Source of the DNA: Halorutilales archaeon Cl-col2-1
GTDB lineage: Archaea > Halobacteriota > Halobacteria > Halobacteriales > Afararchaeaceae
Direction: 5' to 3'
NCBI GenBank assembly: GCA_041891055.1
Contig: CP169074.1
Span: 576,001-640,000, forward strand
Length of the DNA: 64,000 bases
Positions 1 through 8,658 of this stretch are shown here, piece after piece (position 1 is the stretch's first letter; the number at the start of each line of letters is the position of its first letter). The notes under the pieces were generated by a model. The model saw only the letters and a list, made by a program, of their open reading frames with translations, had not been told where the DNA came from and made no database searches. Both the position numbers and the translations under genes were made by a program.

Positions 1-2
1 AC

Positions 3-1109
3 TGGGAGCCCGAGGCTGCCGAGAAAGGCGGATACGACCATTACATGCTCAAGGAGATACACGAACAGCCACAGTCGCTCCGCCAGACCCTCTCGGGACG
101 TATAGACGAGATAGAGGGAGAGGCGAACCTCGACGTGTCGCTTCCCGACGAGTACCTCAACTCAGTTGAGGAGATACAGGTAGTCGGCGCAGGAACGTCG
201 TACCACGCCTGTCTCGTTGCCGAGGAGCTCATGGAGGAGTACGCAGACGTACGTGTGACTGCGGAGTACTCCCACGAGTACGACTTCGACGGGGGACGTG
301 ACCCGTGGCGGACACTCGTGGTCGCGGTGACACAGAGCGGTGAGACAGCCGACACCCTCTCGGCTCTCAAGAGGGCGAAGAGGAGCGGGGCTAAGACACT
401 TGCTGTCACAAACACCGTAGGAAGCACAGTGACGCGTGAGGCTAACGAAACCCTCTACATACGTGCAGGACCCGAGATAGGCGTCGCGGCGACCAAGACA
501 TTCGTCTCACAGGTTGCCACACTCGGTCTCCTCACCGTCTACGTCGGACGAAAACGGGGCGCGTTGGGATCCGAGACAGCCTCGGAGATACTCGAAGACA
601 TACGGAGTCTCCCGGGTGGTGTACAGCAGGTTCTCGACAACGAGGAGAAGGTCAGACAAGTCGCCGAGGAGTACGCCGACTCGGACGCCTTCTTCTACAT
701 CGGTAGAAAGCTGGGGCATCCCGTCTCACTCGAAGGCGCTCTCAAGCTCAAGGAAATATCGTACGACCACGCCGAGGGATTCCCTGCCGGGGAGCTAAAG
801 CACGGTCCTCTCGCTCTCGTGACTTCGGAGACAGCCGTAGTCGCAGTCCTGACCCAAGCCACGAGACCCGGAGAGACACTCAACAACGTCAAGGAGGTCA
901 AGTCGAGGGAAGCACCCGTTATAGGTGTCTCGTCAGTCGACAGAGCCGGGAGGTACGCCGACGACGTCCTCGAAGTCCCCGATGCGGGTGCAATGGAGCC
1001 GGTCTTAGCCAACGTCTATCTCCAGCTTCTCGCCTACCACGTCGCCGATCTCAAAGGCAGGAATATAGACAAGCCGAGAAACCTCGCTAAGAGTGTGACA
1101 GTTGAGTGA
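3..1109 (+). CDS. glmS: Glutamine--fructose-6-phosphate aminotransferase, C-terminal part (5' end outside window)
   Basis: Frame is open from the window start (WEPEAAEKGGYDHYMLKEIHEQP); two SIS domains, TQSGETADT motif, ends PRNLAKSVTVE. Confidence 0.97.
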   Translation, partial: WEPEAAEKGGYDHYMLKEIHEQPQSLRQTLSGRIDEIEGEANLDVSLPDEYLNSVEEIQVVGAGTSYHACLVAEELMEEYADVRVTAEYSHEYDFDGGRDPWRTLVVAVTQSGETADTLSALKRAKRSGAKTLAVTNTVGSTVTREANETLYIRAGPEIGVAATKTFVSQVATLGLLTVYVGRKRGALGSETASEILEDIRSLPGGVQQVLDNEEKVRQVAEEYADSDAFFYIGRKLGHPVSLEGALKLKEISYDHAEGFPAGELKHGPLALVTSETAVVAVLTQATRPGETLNNVKEVKSREAPVIGVSSVDRAGRYADDVLEVPDAGAMEPVLANVYLQLLAYHVADLKGRNIDKPRNLAKSVTVE

Positions 1110-1165
1110 TTTCTCTTTCTTGAGAGAAGGCGGGGAATCGGCGACAGACTTATTCACTCTGTATT

Positions 1166-1177
1166 TGTACATGTACA
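1166..1177. promoter_or_regulatory. Palindromic candidate operator of vapBC
   Basis: Perfect palindrome TGTACATGTACA just before the antitoxin ATG. Confidence 0.5.
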
Positions 1178-1181
1178 CGTA

Positions 1182-1409
1182 ATGGCATCGAAGACAATAT
1201 CGATAAGGGAGAAGGCATACGAGAGACTCAAGAAACGAAAAGAGGACGACGAGAGCTTCAGCGACGTGATTCTCAAGCTCACGGAAGACGACCCCAATGA
1301 CTTCTCCGATCTCATAGGTACTGGGATAGATGCCACGTGGGATAGTCTCAAAGAAGAAAGAGAGAGATCTGACGAGGACGAGAGGAGAGAGGAGAAGCTT
1401 GGTTTATGA
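1182..1409 (+). CDS. vapB: VapB-type antitoxin (DUF217-like)
   Basis: KTISIREKAYERLK..ESFSDVI signature; ATGA overlap with the PIN gene. Confidence 0.88.
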   Translation: MASKTISIREKAYERLKKRKEDDESFSDVILKLTEDDPNDFSDLIGTGIDATWDSLKEERERSDEDERREEKLGL

Positions 1410-1789
1410 CTTCGGAGTCTAACGACGAGTATCTTCTCGACACGAGCTTTCTCATAGATCTCCTCAACGGTCATCCCGACGCTGTAGAACTCCACGAGAC
1501 GATACGAGGCTCCGAGTCGACATCCACAGTCTGTGTCTACGAACTCACAAAGTTCGAGGGATTCAGCTCAGACTGTCTCGACGGCAAGTCAGTCCTTCGT
1601 CTTACGTTGGGTGACGTTAGATCCTCAGGTAGTATATACAGAAGCCTCAAGGAAGACGGTGAGAAGATAGGGGAGACTGATACTCTGATAGGCGGTGTAG
1701 CCAGAAGCCGCGGTATGTGTCTCGTTACTAGAGACAGAGACTTCGAGAAGATAGATAGCCTCGAAACGGAGTACTATTCATCTGGCTGA
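1406..1789 (+). CDS. vapC: VapC PIN-domain toxin
   Basis: LLDTSFLID, YEL, DTLI and LVTRDRDF PIN motifs. Confidence 0.9.
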   Translation: MTSESNDEYLLDTSFLIDLLNGHPDAVELHETIRGSESTSTVCVYELTKFEGFSSDCLDGKSVLRLTLGDVRSSGSIYRSLKEDGEKIGETDTLIGGVARSRGMCLVTRDRDFEKIDSLETEYYSSG

Positions 1790-1843
1790 GATGCAAAAAT
1801 AGTAAGGTAACCTTTTTGCTCCCACCGGTTACTACACATAACC

Positions 1844-2272
1844 ATGTCAGAAGACTGCATATTCTGTAAGATAATAGACGGAGAGCTACCGTCACGTAAG
1901 GTATACGAGGACGACAAAGTGCTCTCGTTCCTCGATGTCAATCCCCTGTCACGCGGACACACACTCGTGATACCTAAGAACCACTCCGAGACTCTCGAAG
2001 ACCTCGACGATGAGTACTCGGAGGCGGTCTTCAGTGCGGTGAGAGACCTCGTCGAGCCCGTCACAGAAGCTGTCGACGCCGACGCCGCGAACGTCGGAAT
2101 AAACAACGGAGAGGCAGCGGGACAGGAGGTTCCGCATCTTCACGCTCATATAGTCCCACGTTTCGAGGGTGACGGAGGTGGTCCGATACACAACATACTA
2201 CCCTCTACGGTCGAACTCGAGGACGACGAGATGGACGAGATTGCTGAGTCTATCTCGGGGAACGTAGAGTAG
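1844..2272 (+). CDS. HIT family hydrolase
   Basis: CIFCKI and HLHAHIVPR histidine triad. Confidence 0.95.
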   Translation: MSEDCIFCKIIDGELPSRKVYEDDKVLSFLDVNPLSRGHTLVIPKNHSETLEDLDDEYSEAVFSAVRDLVEPVTEAVDADAANVGINNGEAAGQEVPHLHAHIVPRFEGDGGGPIHNILPSTVELEDDEMDEIAESISGNVE

Positions 2273-2277
2273 ATCAG

Positions 2278-2889
2278 ATGGGAGCCATACGAAAAGGAGT
2301 AGTAACTGTTGTCGTCCTCGCTGCCGTCGTAGTCGGAGGAGCAGTAGGATCAGGATACGTCCTAGTCGGTGATCCAGCAGGTGCCGTCTCACAGTTAGCC
2401 ACGGGCGACGTTGAGGCTCCCGATATCGGCGTGGTCACCGAGTCGGTGGGTCCCGTGGACGTCCCTCGGATGAGAATTACCGAGATATCCACATCCGCTG
2501 TGACACTCGACATTCCGTTCTACGTCAACAACTCGGCGAACGAGATAGGCGGCTCCGTGAAGTCAGTCGACTACGATGTCTACTGGGCGGACGACGAGGA
2601 CGGCGAGTACAGCCGTCTCGGAGACGGAAGCTTCGAGGACGTGAGAGTCCCGCCTTCGGATACGGTGACACAGAGGACGGAGTTCGAGGCTCAGAACGAC
2701 GAGAGCGCGAAGCTCGCAGGGACTTTAGCCGTCGACGGCGACGTCTTCGTGAGGATCGAGGGCACCGCGGAGATAGAGTTGGGACCCTTCACAGCCTCGA
2801 AGGATATTCCGAAGCAGACGACGAGAATCAAGAGGAGCGACGTCGTAGGCGGTATGCCCGACCTGCCTGTGTCAGATATGGGGATCTGA
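2278..2889 (+). CDS. Membrane-anchored LEA14/WHy-like protein
   Basis: N-terminal hydrophobic anchor, beta-rich body, VNN..SVDYDVY pattern. Confidence 0.6.
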   Translation: MGAIRKGVVTVVVLAAVVVGGAVGSGYVLVGDPAGAVSQLATGDVEAPDIGVVTESVGPVDVPRMRITEISTSAVTLDIPFYVNNSANEIGGSVKSVDYDVYWADDEDGEYSRLGDGSFEDVRVPPSDTVTQRTEFEAQNDESAKLAGTLAVDGDVFVRIEGTAEIELGPFTASKDIPKQTTRIKRSDVVGGMPDLPVSDMGI

Positions 2890-2984
2890 GCCCGTACTTT
2901 TCCCGTCGGTCGGCATCTCCATTAAAAACAGCGACTACAAGGGGACAGACAGCCTCTCGAGTCCAATCCACATTCCAGCAGAGC

Positions 2985-4421
2985 ATGAAAGACATCGGTG
3001 ACACCGAGTTCGGCGTACAGGTAGGAATAGGATTCCTCGGCAAGTTAGTCACAGCAGTCCTCGGACTCGTGGGTTCGATAGTCGTAGCACGTGTCGTAGG
3101 ACCGTCGGGCTACGGAGTCTTCTACATATCGATGTCGATCAGCCAGTTCCTCGAAAACCCCGTGACAGGATGGGCGACGGCGTGTAAGAAACGGATGACT
3201 GAGCCCGACTTCGACGGCTCGGAGGCTCTCGGCTCGGTTCTGATAGCCGTCGGGGTCTTAGCAGTAGTCGGAGCGCCGGCGTCTTATGTTCTCCTAAGTC
3301 TGATGACTCAGAACCCGGTTATTCCGGTCGCTGTGCCTCTTCTCTTCACCGCGACCTCGTCGTACTGGGCGCTCAACACGTTTCTCTCGGGGAGAAAGAA
3401 CTTCTCGCTGTCAGTCTGGAGCGGGTCTTTGAGCACTCTGATACAGATCGTAGGAAAGATACTCCTCGTTCTCCTCGGACTCGGGGTCTGGGGAATGGTC
3501 GGAGGAACCGTAATCGGTCCCGTCCTCGTCCTTCCGGTTCTCGTACGCTGGGTCGGTGTGCGTCCCTCGGTACCGTCGTGGAACTCGATCCGGTCGATCG
3601 CCGAGTACGCCAGATGGTCGATACCGAGCGGATTCGTCGGAACTGCACTCTCTCGGATGGACACAGTCCTCCTCGGCTGGCTCGCCACGGCGTCTGTGGC
3701 GGGAAAGTACCAGGTCGGACTCAAGATCACTATGCCCGCAGTCTTCATCTCTAGCGTGATCGGCACGGGACTTATGGGACGTGTCTCGAACCTCGAATCG
3801 CGCGACGAAGACTGGAAGGACGACCTCTGGAACTCGCTGTCGTACGGCAGTCTCCTCAGCGTACCCATCTTCTTCGGAAGCCTCGTGATAGGTGAGGAGC
3901 TCGCAGTCACAGTCTTCAGCGGCGAGTACTCCGGCGCGGGTGTCTTCGTCGTCGGGCTCGCACTCCACCGTCTCATCAAGACCCAGACCTCGTCGTTCAG
4001 GTCGATTATAACGGGATTAGACCGACCCGACATAGGCTTCAGAATATCCGTAGTCTCGTTCGTTCTCAACGTCGTACTCGGCGTGGGTCTCTGGTTCGTG
4101 GTCGGAGCTTCGGGTATAGTCATAGCTACTGCGGTCACGTCAGGCGTCACCTACCTTCTGACGGTCAGACAAGTACGTCAGATTACAGACACCGACTTCG
4201 TCGTGACAGCTCCCTTCCTCAAGCAACTGGTCTCAGGAGCCGTGATGGCTGTCATAGTCTACGGCACGAAGGAAGTATTCGGAGTATCGAGCTGGATCGA
4301 TGTCGTCGGTTACCTCGTCGTCGGCGGAGTCGTCTATGGCGGCTTGGAGCTCGTCGTGAGTCACCATCTCCGGTCTACGGCTCGCGGGATCTGGGAAGAC
4401 TTCCGGTCTGAGTATGTGTAA
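2985..4421 (+). CDS. Polysaccharide flippase (Wzx/MOP superfamily)
   Basis: Many TM segments; ARVVGPSGYG and RMDTVLLG..GKY motifs. Confidence 0.88.
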   Translation: MKDIGDTEFGVQVGIGFLGKLVTAVLGLVGSIVVARVVGPSGYGVFYISMSISQFLENPVTGWATACKKRMTEPDFDGSEALGSVLIAVGVLAVVGAPASYVLLSLMTQNPVIPVAVPLLFTATSSYWALNTFLSGRKNFSLSVWSGSLSTLIQIVGKILLVLLGLGVWGMVGGTVIGPVLVLPVLVRWVGVRPSVPSWNSIRSIAEYARWSIPSGFVGTALSRMDTVLLGWLATASVAGKYQVGLKITMPAVFISSVIGTGLMGRVSNLESRDEDWKDDLWNSLSYGSLLSVPIFFGSLVIGEELAVTVFSGEYSGAGVFVVGLALHRLIKTQTSSFRSIITGLDRPDIGFRISVVSFVLNVVLGVGLWFVVGASGIVIATAVTSGVTYLLTVRQVRQITDTDFVVTAPFLKQLVSGAVMAVIVYGTKEVFGVSSWIDVVGYLVVGGVVYGGLELVVSHHLRSTARGIWEDFRSEYV

Positions 4422-4495
4422 AGATGTCACAACCGAAACTCAGTTCAAGTACTCTACCCCGAGAAGTGTTTTGTGTCTGTGTATACAAACACATC

Positions 4496-4548
4496 ATGAT
4501 GCCGACTAAGACGATAGGTGTCAGAGAAGAGGTCTACGAGCGTCTCGT
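4496..4548 (+). pseudogene. 5' fragment of a second DUF217-type antitoxin
   Basis: MMPTKTIGVREEVYERL resembles the N-terminus of the antitoxin at 1182; similarity ends where it meets the convergent gene. Confidence 0.65.
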
Positions 4549-5007
4549 CTCTGAGAAACTTCCTCCAGAGACCGAGGCGTGGGCTTCACGTACGGTTTCG
4601 AGGAACTCCTCTGTCTTCTCCTCGGAGTAGACGAGATGTGAGTCACATTCGGAGTCAGACGCTCCGAAGGAACCGATCCTCTCGCCTTCGATACGTCGGC
4701 TTATCTCACACTCCTCTTCGACTCCCGGGGACTTGACGACCTCGACGATACTCGTCCTCGCGTCGCCGTTGAGGTAGTCTATGTGCCATCTCCTCGTGTC
4801 GTTTTCGCCCTCAGAGACGTCCCTGTGTCTCTCCACACGGCTGAAACCACCTCTTCCTAGCGCGCTGCCTGTGTAGGCGTAGAGTCCCGACTCGAACTCT
4901 ATCTCGCCGAGTGCTCCTACCTCTATAGCCGTGTCGTCTTCGAGACGGAGAACGAGAGTATAGATGCCGCCTTGTGTGTCGTCCTTCGGACTCATATACT
5001 CAGACAA
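4534..5007 (-). CDS. GIY-YIG nuclease family protein (DUF123)
   Basis: GIYTLV, YAYTGSA, RRWHIDYL and FGASD..C.SHL motifs. Confidence 0.85.
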   Translation of the reverse strand: MSEYMSPKDDTQGGIYTLVLRLEDDTAIEVGALGEIEFESGLYAYTGSALGRGGFSRVERHRDVSEGENDTRRWHIDYLNGDARTSIVEVVKSPGVEEECEISRRIEGERIGSFGASDSECDSHLVYSEEKTEEFLETVREAHASVSGGSFSETRRS

Positions 5008-5569
5008 GACTCGCGGCGACGTGTATCTTGCCTTCGACGTCTGTGTGACTCGGGTCGGAGTGTCCGGGATATAGATATTCGACTTCGAGAGTCTTGAGAC
5101 GTTCGAGCGATCTTCTAAGCTGTTCGGAGTCGCCCCCCGGCATGTCGGTACGTCCCGGACTTCCGTTTCCGAAGACGACGTCGCCCGCGAAGAGAGTCTT
5201 TTCGTCCTCAGAGTAGTACGAGACGCTTCCGGGTGAGTGTCCGGGTGTGTGGAGAACTTCGAAGGCGTACTCGCCGAAGTAGACTGTGTCGCCGTCGTTG
5301 ACGAAGCAGGGATTGAGACGCGCGTACTCGTCGTCTTCAGCGAGAGTGTCCCACGCCTTCGGATGTATGTAGAACTCCGCGTCGGTCTCGTCGACGTACT
5401 CGGGAAGACAGCCTACGTGGTCGGCGTGGGCGTGTGTTATGTAGACCTCGTCAGAGTCGGGAAGAGCCGATAAGTCGGTTCCGACGTCAACTAAGACACC
5501 GTCGACTGAGTAGACGTTAGAAGACGTCGAGGGCGTGGGTATCCTCTCGACCCCGTCCTCTATCCTCAT
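5000..5569 (-). CDS. Metallo-beta-lactamase fold hydrolase
   Basis: THAHADH, HTPGHS, AGD and PGH motifs. Confidence 0.9.
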   Translation of the reverse strand: MRIEDGVERIPTPSTSSNVYSVDGVLVDVGTDLSALPDSDEVYITHAHADHVGCLPEYVDETDAEFYIHPKAWDTLAEDDEYARLNPCFVNDGDTVYFGEYAFEVLHTPGHSPGSVSYYSEDEKTLFAGDVVFGNGSPGRTDMPGGDSEQLRRSLERLKTLEVEYLYPGHSDPSHTDVEGKIHVAASLV

Positions 5570-7035
5570 ACCGACAGAAGCTGGCTAGCGGCGTCTGTCG
5601 CGGTCTGTAGAACCGGCTCGAAGCCGAACATCAGGGCGAATGTAGCCGCGGCGGCGAATATTATGGCGGCGTAGATGCCGAGAGGCTTCTTAGTTATGTC
5701 GGGCGACTCACTCGACGAGTCCTCGACCCACATATACCTGAGAACTCTCGTGTAGTAGTAGAGGCTGAGTGCCGAATTTACCGAGCCCACAAGTGCGAGC
5801 CACCAGTATCCCGACTCGACAGCACTCGCGAAGACCGCGAGCTTAGAGACGAATCCGGCTCCCGTCGGAAGACCCGCGAGCGAGAACATGAATATCGCCA
5901 TCGCGACTCCTATAACGGGAACCTGTCTTCCGACTCCCGCGTAGTCCTCGAACTCATATCCGAATCCCCAGTAGTCGTCGACGAGTCCTACGACTAGGAA
6001 GGCTCCCGTGTTCATAAGACCGTAGACGAAGAGATGACTCATCGCGGCTCCGAGTGCGAACGCCTGGTCACCTGACGACGAGAAGACGGCGAGTGCTATC
6101 AGAGCGTAGCCGGCGTGTCCTATCGACGAGTAGGCGAGCATCCTCTTGACGCTCGACTGTGCCGCGGCGGCGAAGTTACCGAATGTCATCGTCACGACTG
6201 CGAGTATCTGGACAGCGAGCACCCAGTCGACGCGTGTCGGGAACGCGACTGTGAAGACACGGAAGAGGACGACGAAGCCCGCTATCTTAGACGCACTCGA
6301 TATGAAGCCCGCTATCGGAGTCGGTGCTCCAGTGTAGGCGTCGGGTGCCCAGACCTGGAAAGGTACTGCGGCTACCTTGAACGCGAATCCTGCGAGTATG
6401 AAGAGGGCTCCGACGCCGACAAGTGCGACGGGAGACTCCATCGTACCGAGTTCAAAGAGGTCGAAGGTTCCTGTGACTCCGTAGACGAGCGAGATTCCGT
6501 AGAGGAGTATAGAGCTCGAAAGACCTCCGAGTATGAGGTACTTCATAGCACCCTCGATACTCGCCTTCTTCTTCTTCGTGAATCCCACGAGTGCGTACGA
6601 CGCGAGCGATGTCATCTCAAGCGATATGAAGGCAGTCACGAGAGAACGTGAGCTACCCATCAGCATCATTCCGAGTGTCGCGAGTAGTACGAGGACGACG
6701 TACTCTGTCGTGTTGTTCTTCGTCTCGGGGGCGAACTCGCTCAGGTACTCGAAGCTCGCTACGATCACAAGAGCCGAGACTATCAGGACGGCTAAGTTGA
6801 AGAAGAGCGAGAACTCGTCGACTATCAGCATACCCGCGACGGCGTCGGCTCTCACTCCGCTCCCGTAGACGTAGAGACTGAGTCCGAAGCCTCCCGTGAC
6901 TCCTAAGAATCCGAGGACTCCCGCGATACGTCCGTGTTTCGACTGTGTGAAAGTGTCGACGAGGAGTATGAGAAGCGCAACACCTCCCACAGAGAGTTCG
7001 GGCGACACGGCTTCGAGGCTTACCACGTCGACCAC
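5566..7035 (-). CDS. nuoN: Complex I-like subunit N
   Basis: FKVAAVPFQVWAPDAY and KRMLAYSSIGH motifs; operon position. Confidence 0.93.
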   Translation of the reverse strand: MVDVVSLEAVSPELSVGGVALLILLVDTFTQSKHGRIAGVLGFLGVTGGFGLSLYVYGSGVRADAVAGMLIVDEFSLFFNLAVLIVSALVIVASFEYLSEFAPETKNNTTEYVVLVLLATLGMMLMGSSRSLVTAFISLEMTSLASYALVGFTKKKKASIEGAMKYLILGGLSSSILLYGISLVYGVTGTFDLFELGTMESPVALVGVGALFILAGFAFKVAAVPFQVWAPDAYTGAPTPIAGFISSASKIAGFVVLFRVFTVAFPTRVDWVLAVQILAVVTMTFGNFAAAAQSSVKRMLAYSSIGHAGYALIALAVFSSSGDQAFALGAAMSHLFVYGLMNTGAFLVVGLVDDYWGFGYEFEDYAGVGRQVPVIGVAMAIFMFSLAGLPTGAGFVSKLAVFASAVESGYWWLALVGSVNSALSLYYYTRVLRYMWVEDSSSESPDITKKPLGIYAAIIFAAAATFALMFGFEPVLQTATDAASQLLSV

Positions 7036-7116
7036 CTCGTCTGGCTTTCGTCTGACTTCATGGTTTGAACTCGACCTCGACCTTGGTTTCTGTCTTGGTA
7101 TCTGCTATGTCTCATT

Positions 7117-8658
7117 CTACACACCTCCTGCGGTGAGCTCGACAACACCCGCGGTCGAGCTCTGTATCATTTCGAAAGCGATGTCGGGCTGTACCCCGAG
7201 CGCGATTATCACGAGTACGAGAAGGACGAGAGGAACTGTCTCGGTGATCGAGGCGTCGGTGAGTCCGTCCTTGTACTCTTCGGGAGCGTCGTACTCGCCG
7301 AAGAGGGTTCTCTGCATCGCGAAGAGTAGGTATCCCGCGACTATAACGACTCCGAACATCGCTACCGGGACTATAATCCTCGATCCCTCGAACGATCCCA
7401 TCGATCCAAGGAAGACGAAGATCTCGGCGGCGAATCCCGACATACCGGGGAGCCCCATGTATCCGAAAGCCGCCGCAACGAAGACTGTCGTCACGACGGG
7501 CATCCTGTGGGCTAAGCCGGAGATCTCGTGTACGTCACGCGTGTGGAGCTTGTGGTATACGACTCCGACTACCATGAAGAGGAGACCGCTTATGAGACCG
7601 TGTGAGATCATCTGGAAGGTCGCGCCTCCGACGGAGTACTCGGTGTACGCCGCTAAGCCGACTATGACATATCCCATACTCGATATGGACGAGTAAGCGA
7701 CTATCCTCTTGAGGTCGGTCTGTGCCATCGCTAAGAGCGCGCCGTAGATGACACTGACCGCGCCGACGACCGCGATCTCAGCGGTGAGTCCCGCGGCGAC
7801 GTCGGAGAGCATAGTGAAGTTGAACCTCAGTAGGGCGTAAGTACCCATCTTGAGGAGTACGCCCGCGAGTAGGACACTAACGGGCGTCGGTGCCTGAACG
7901 TGGGCGTCGGGTAGCCATGTGTGAAAAGGAACTAGGGGAACCTTTACGGCGAATCCTATGAAGAGGGCGACGAACGCCATCAGTACGAGGATGTCAGCGG
8001 GTATTCCCCACGCGCCTGTGAGACCGCCCGACTGTAGAGCCTGTGTCAGAGCGACCAGGCTGAGGCTGTCGATTCCCGAGTTGAAGATCAGCGCGAAGAC
8101 ACCTATGAACATCACGAGAGACGCGATGTTGGTGTAGACGAAGAACTTCATCGCGGCGTACTTCCTGTCTTCGCCTCCCCAGACTGCTATGAGGAAGTAC
8201 ATCGGGACGAGTACGGCTTCCCAGAAGACGTAGAAGACTAGGAAGTCGAGTGCAGTGAAGACGCCTATGAGACCACCTTCGAGTAGGAGGACGAGGGCGT
8301 AGAACTCGTTCTGTCTCTCGTCTATCGACTGCCACGCCGAGAGTATCGCGAGGCTCGCGAGGAACGTCGTGAGTACGACTAAGGGCATGCTGACCCCGTC
8401 GAGACCCACGAGGTACTGGACGTCGTAGCCTCCGAGAGTGATCCAGTGTACCGCCTCCTCGAACTGGACGGCTCCCGAGTCGAGGAGAGCGTTTCCTCCC
8501 GACGGGTCGAAGAGCGACCAGACGTAGAGACTGATGCCGAGAGGCGCGAGAGACGCCACGAAGGCGAAGTACTTCGACTTGTCACCCTTAATGAAGAGGG
8601 TGACGAGCGCTGCTACCATCGGTACGGCTATGAGTGCTGTTATCTTCATTAGAACCAC
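7117..8658 (-). CDS. nuoM: Complex I-like subunit M
   Basis: PFHTWLPDAHVQAP and LLKMGTY motifs. Confidence 0.95.
   Translation of the reverse strand: MVLMKITALIAVPMVAALVTLFIKGDKSKYFAFVASLAPLGISLYVWSLFDPSGGNALLDSGAVQFEEAVHWITLGGYDVQYLVGLDGVSMPLVVLTTFLASLAILSAWQSIDERQNEFYALVLLLEGGLIGVFTALDFLVFYVFWEAVLVPMYFLIAVWGGEDRKYAAMKFFVYTNIASLVMFIGVFALIFNSGIDSLSLVALTQALQSGGLTGAWGIPADILVLMAFVALFIGFAVKVPLVPFHTWLPDAHVQAPTPVSVLLAGVLLKMGTYALLRFNFTMLSDVAAGLTAEIAVVGAVSVIYGALLAMAQTDLKRIVAYSSISSMGYVIVGLAAYTEYSVGGATFQMISHGLISGLLFMVVGVVYHKLHTRDVHEISGLAHRMPVVTTVFVAAAFGYMGLPGMSGFAAEIFVFLGSMGSFEGSRIIVPVAMFGVVIVAGYLLFAMQRTLFGEYDAPEEYKDGLTDASITETVPLVLLVLVIIALGVQPDIAFEMIQSSTAGVVELTAGGV

Noticed and set aside
3308-4150. 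Long antisense or alternate-frame ORFs (also 6896-7696, 10299-11093, 44691-45377 and others)
   Set aside because: Shadow ORFs of well-supported genes in GC-rich DNA
7020-7115. Short ORF MRHSRYQDRN... between nuoM and nuoN
   Set aside because: Non-acidic, low-complexity and out of frame over the nuoN start; no motif supports it
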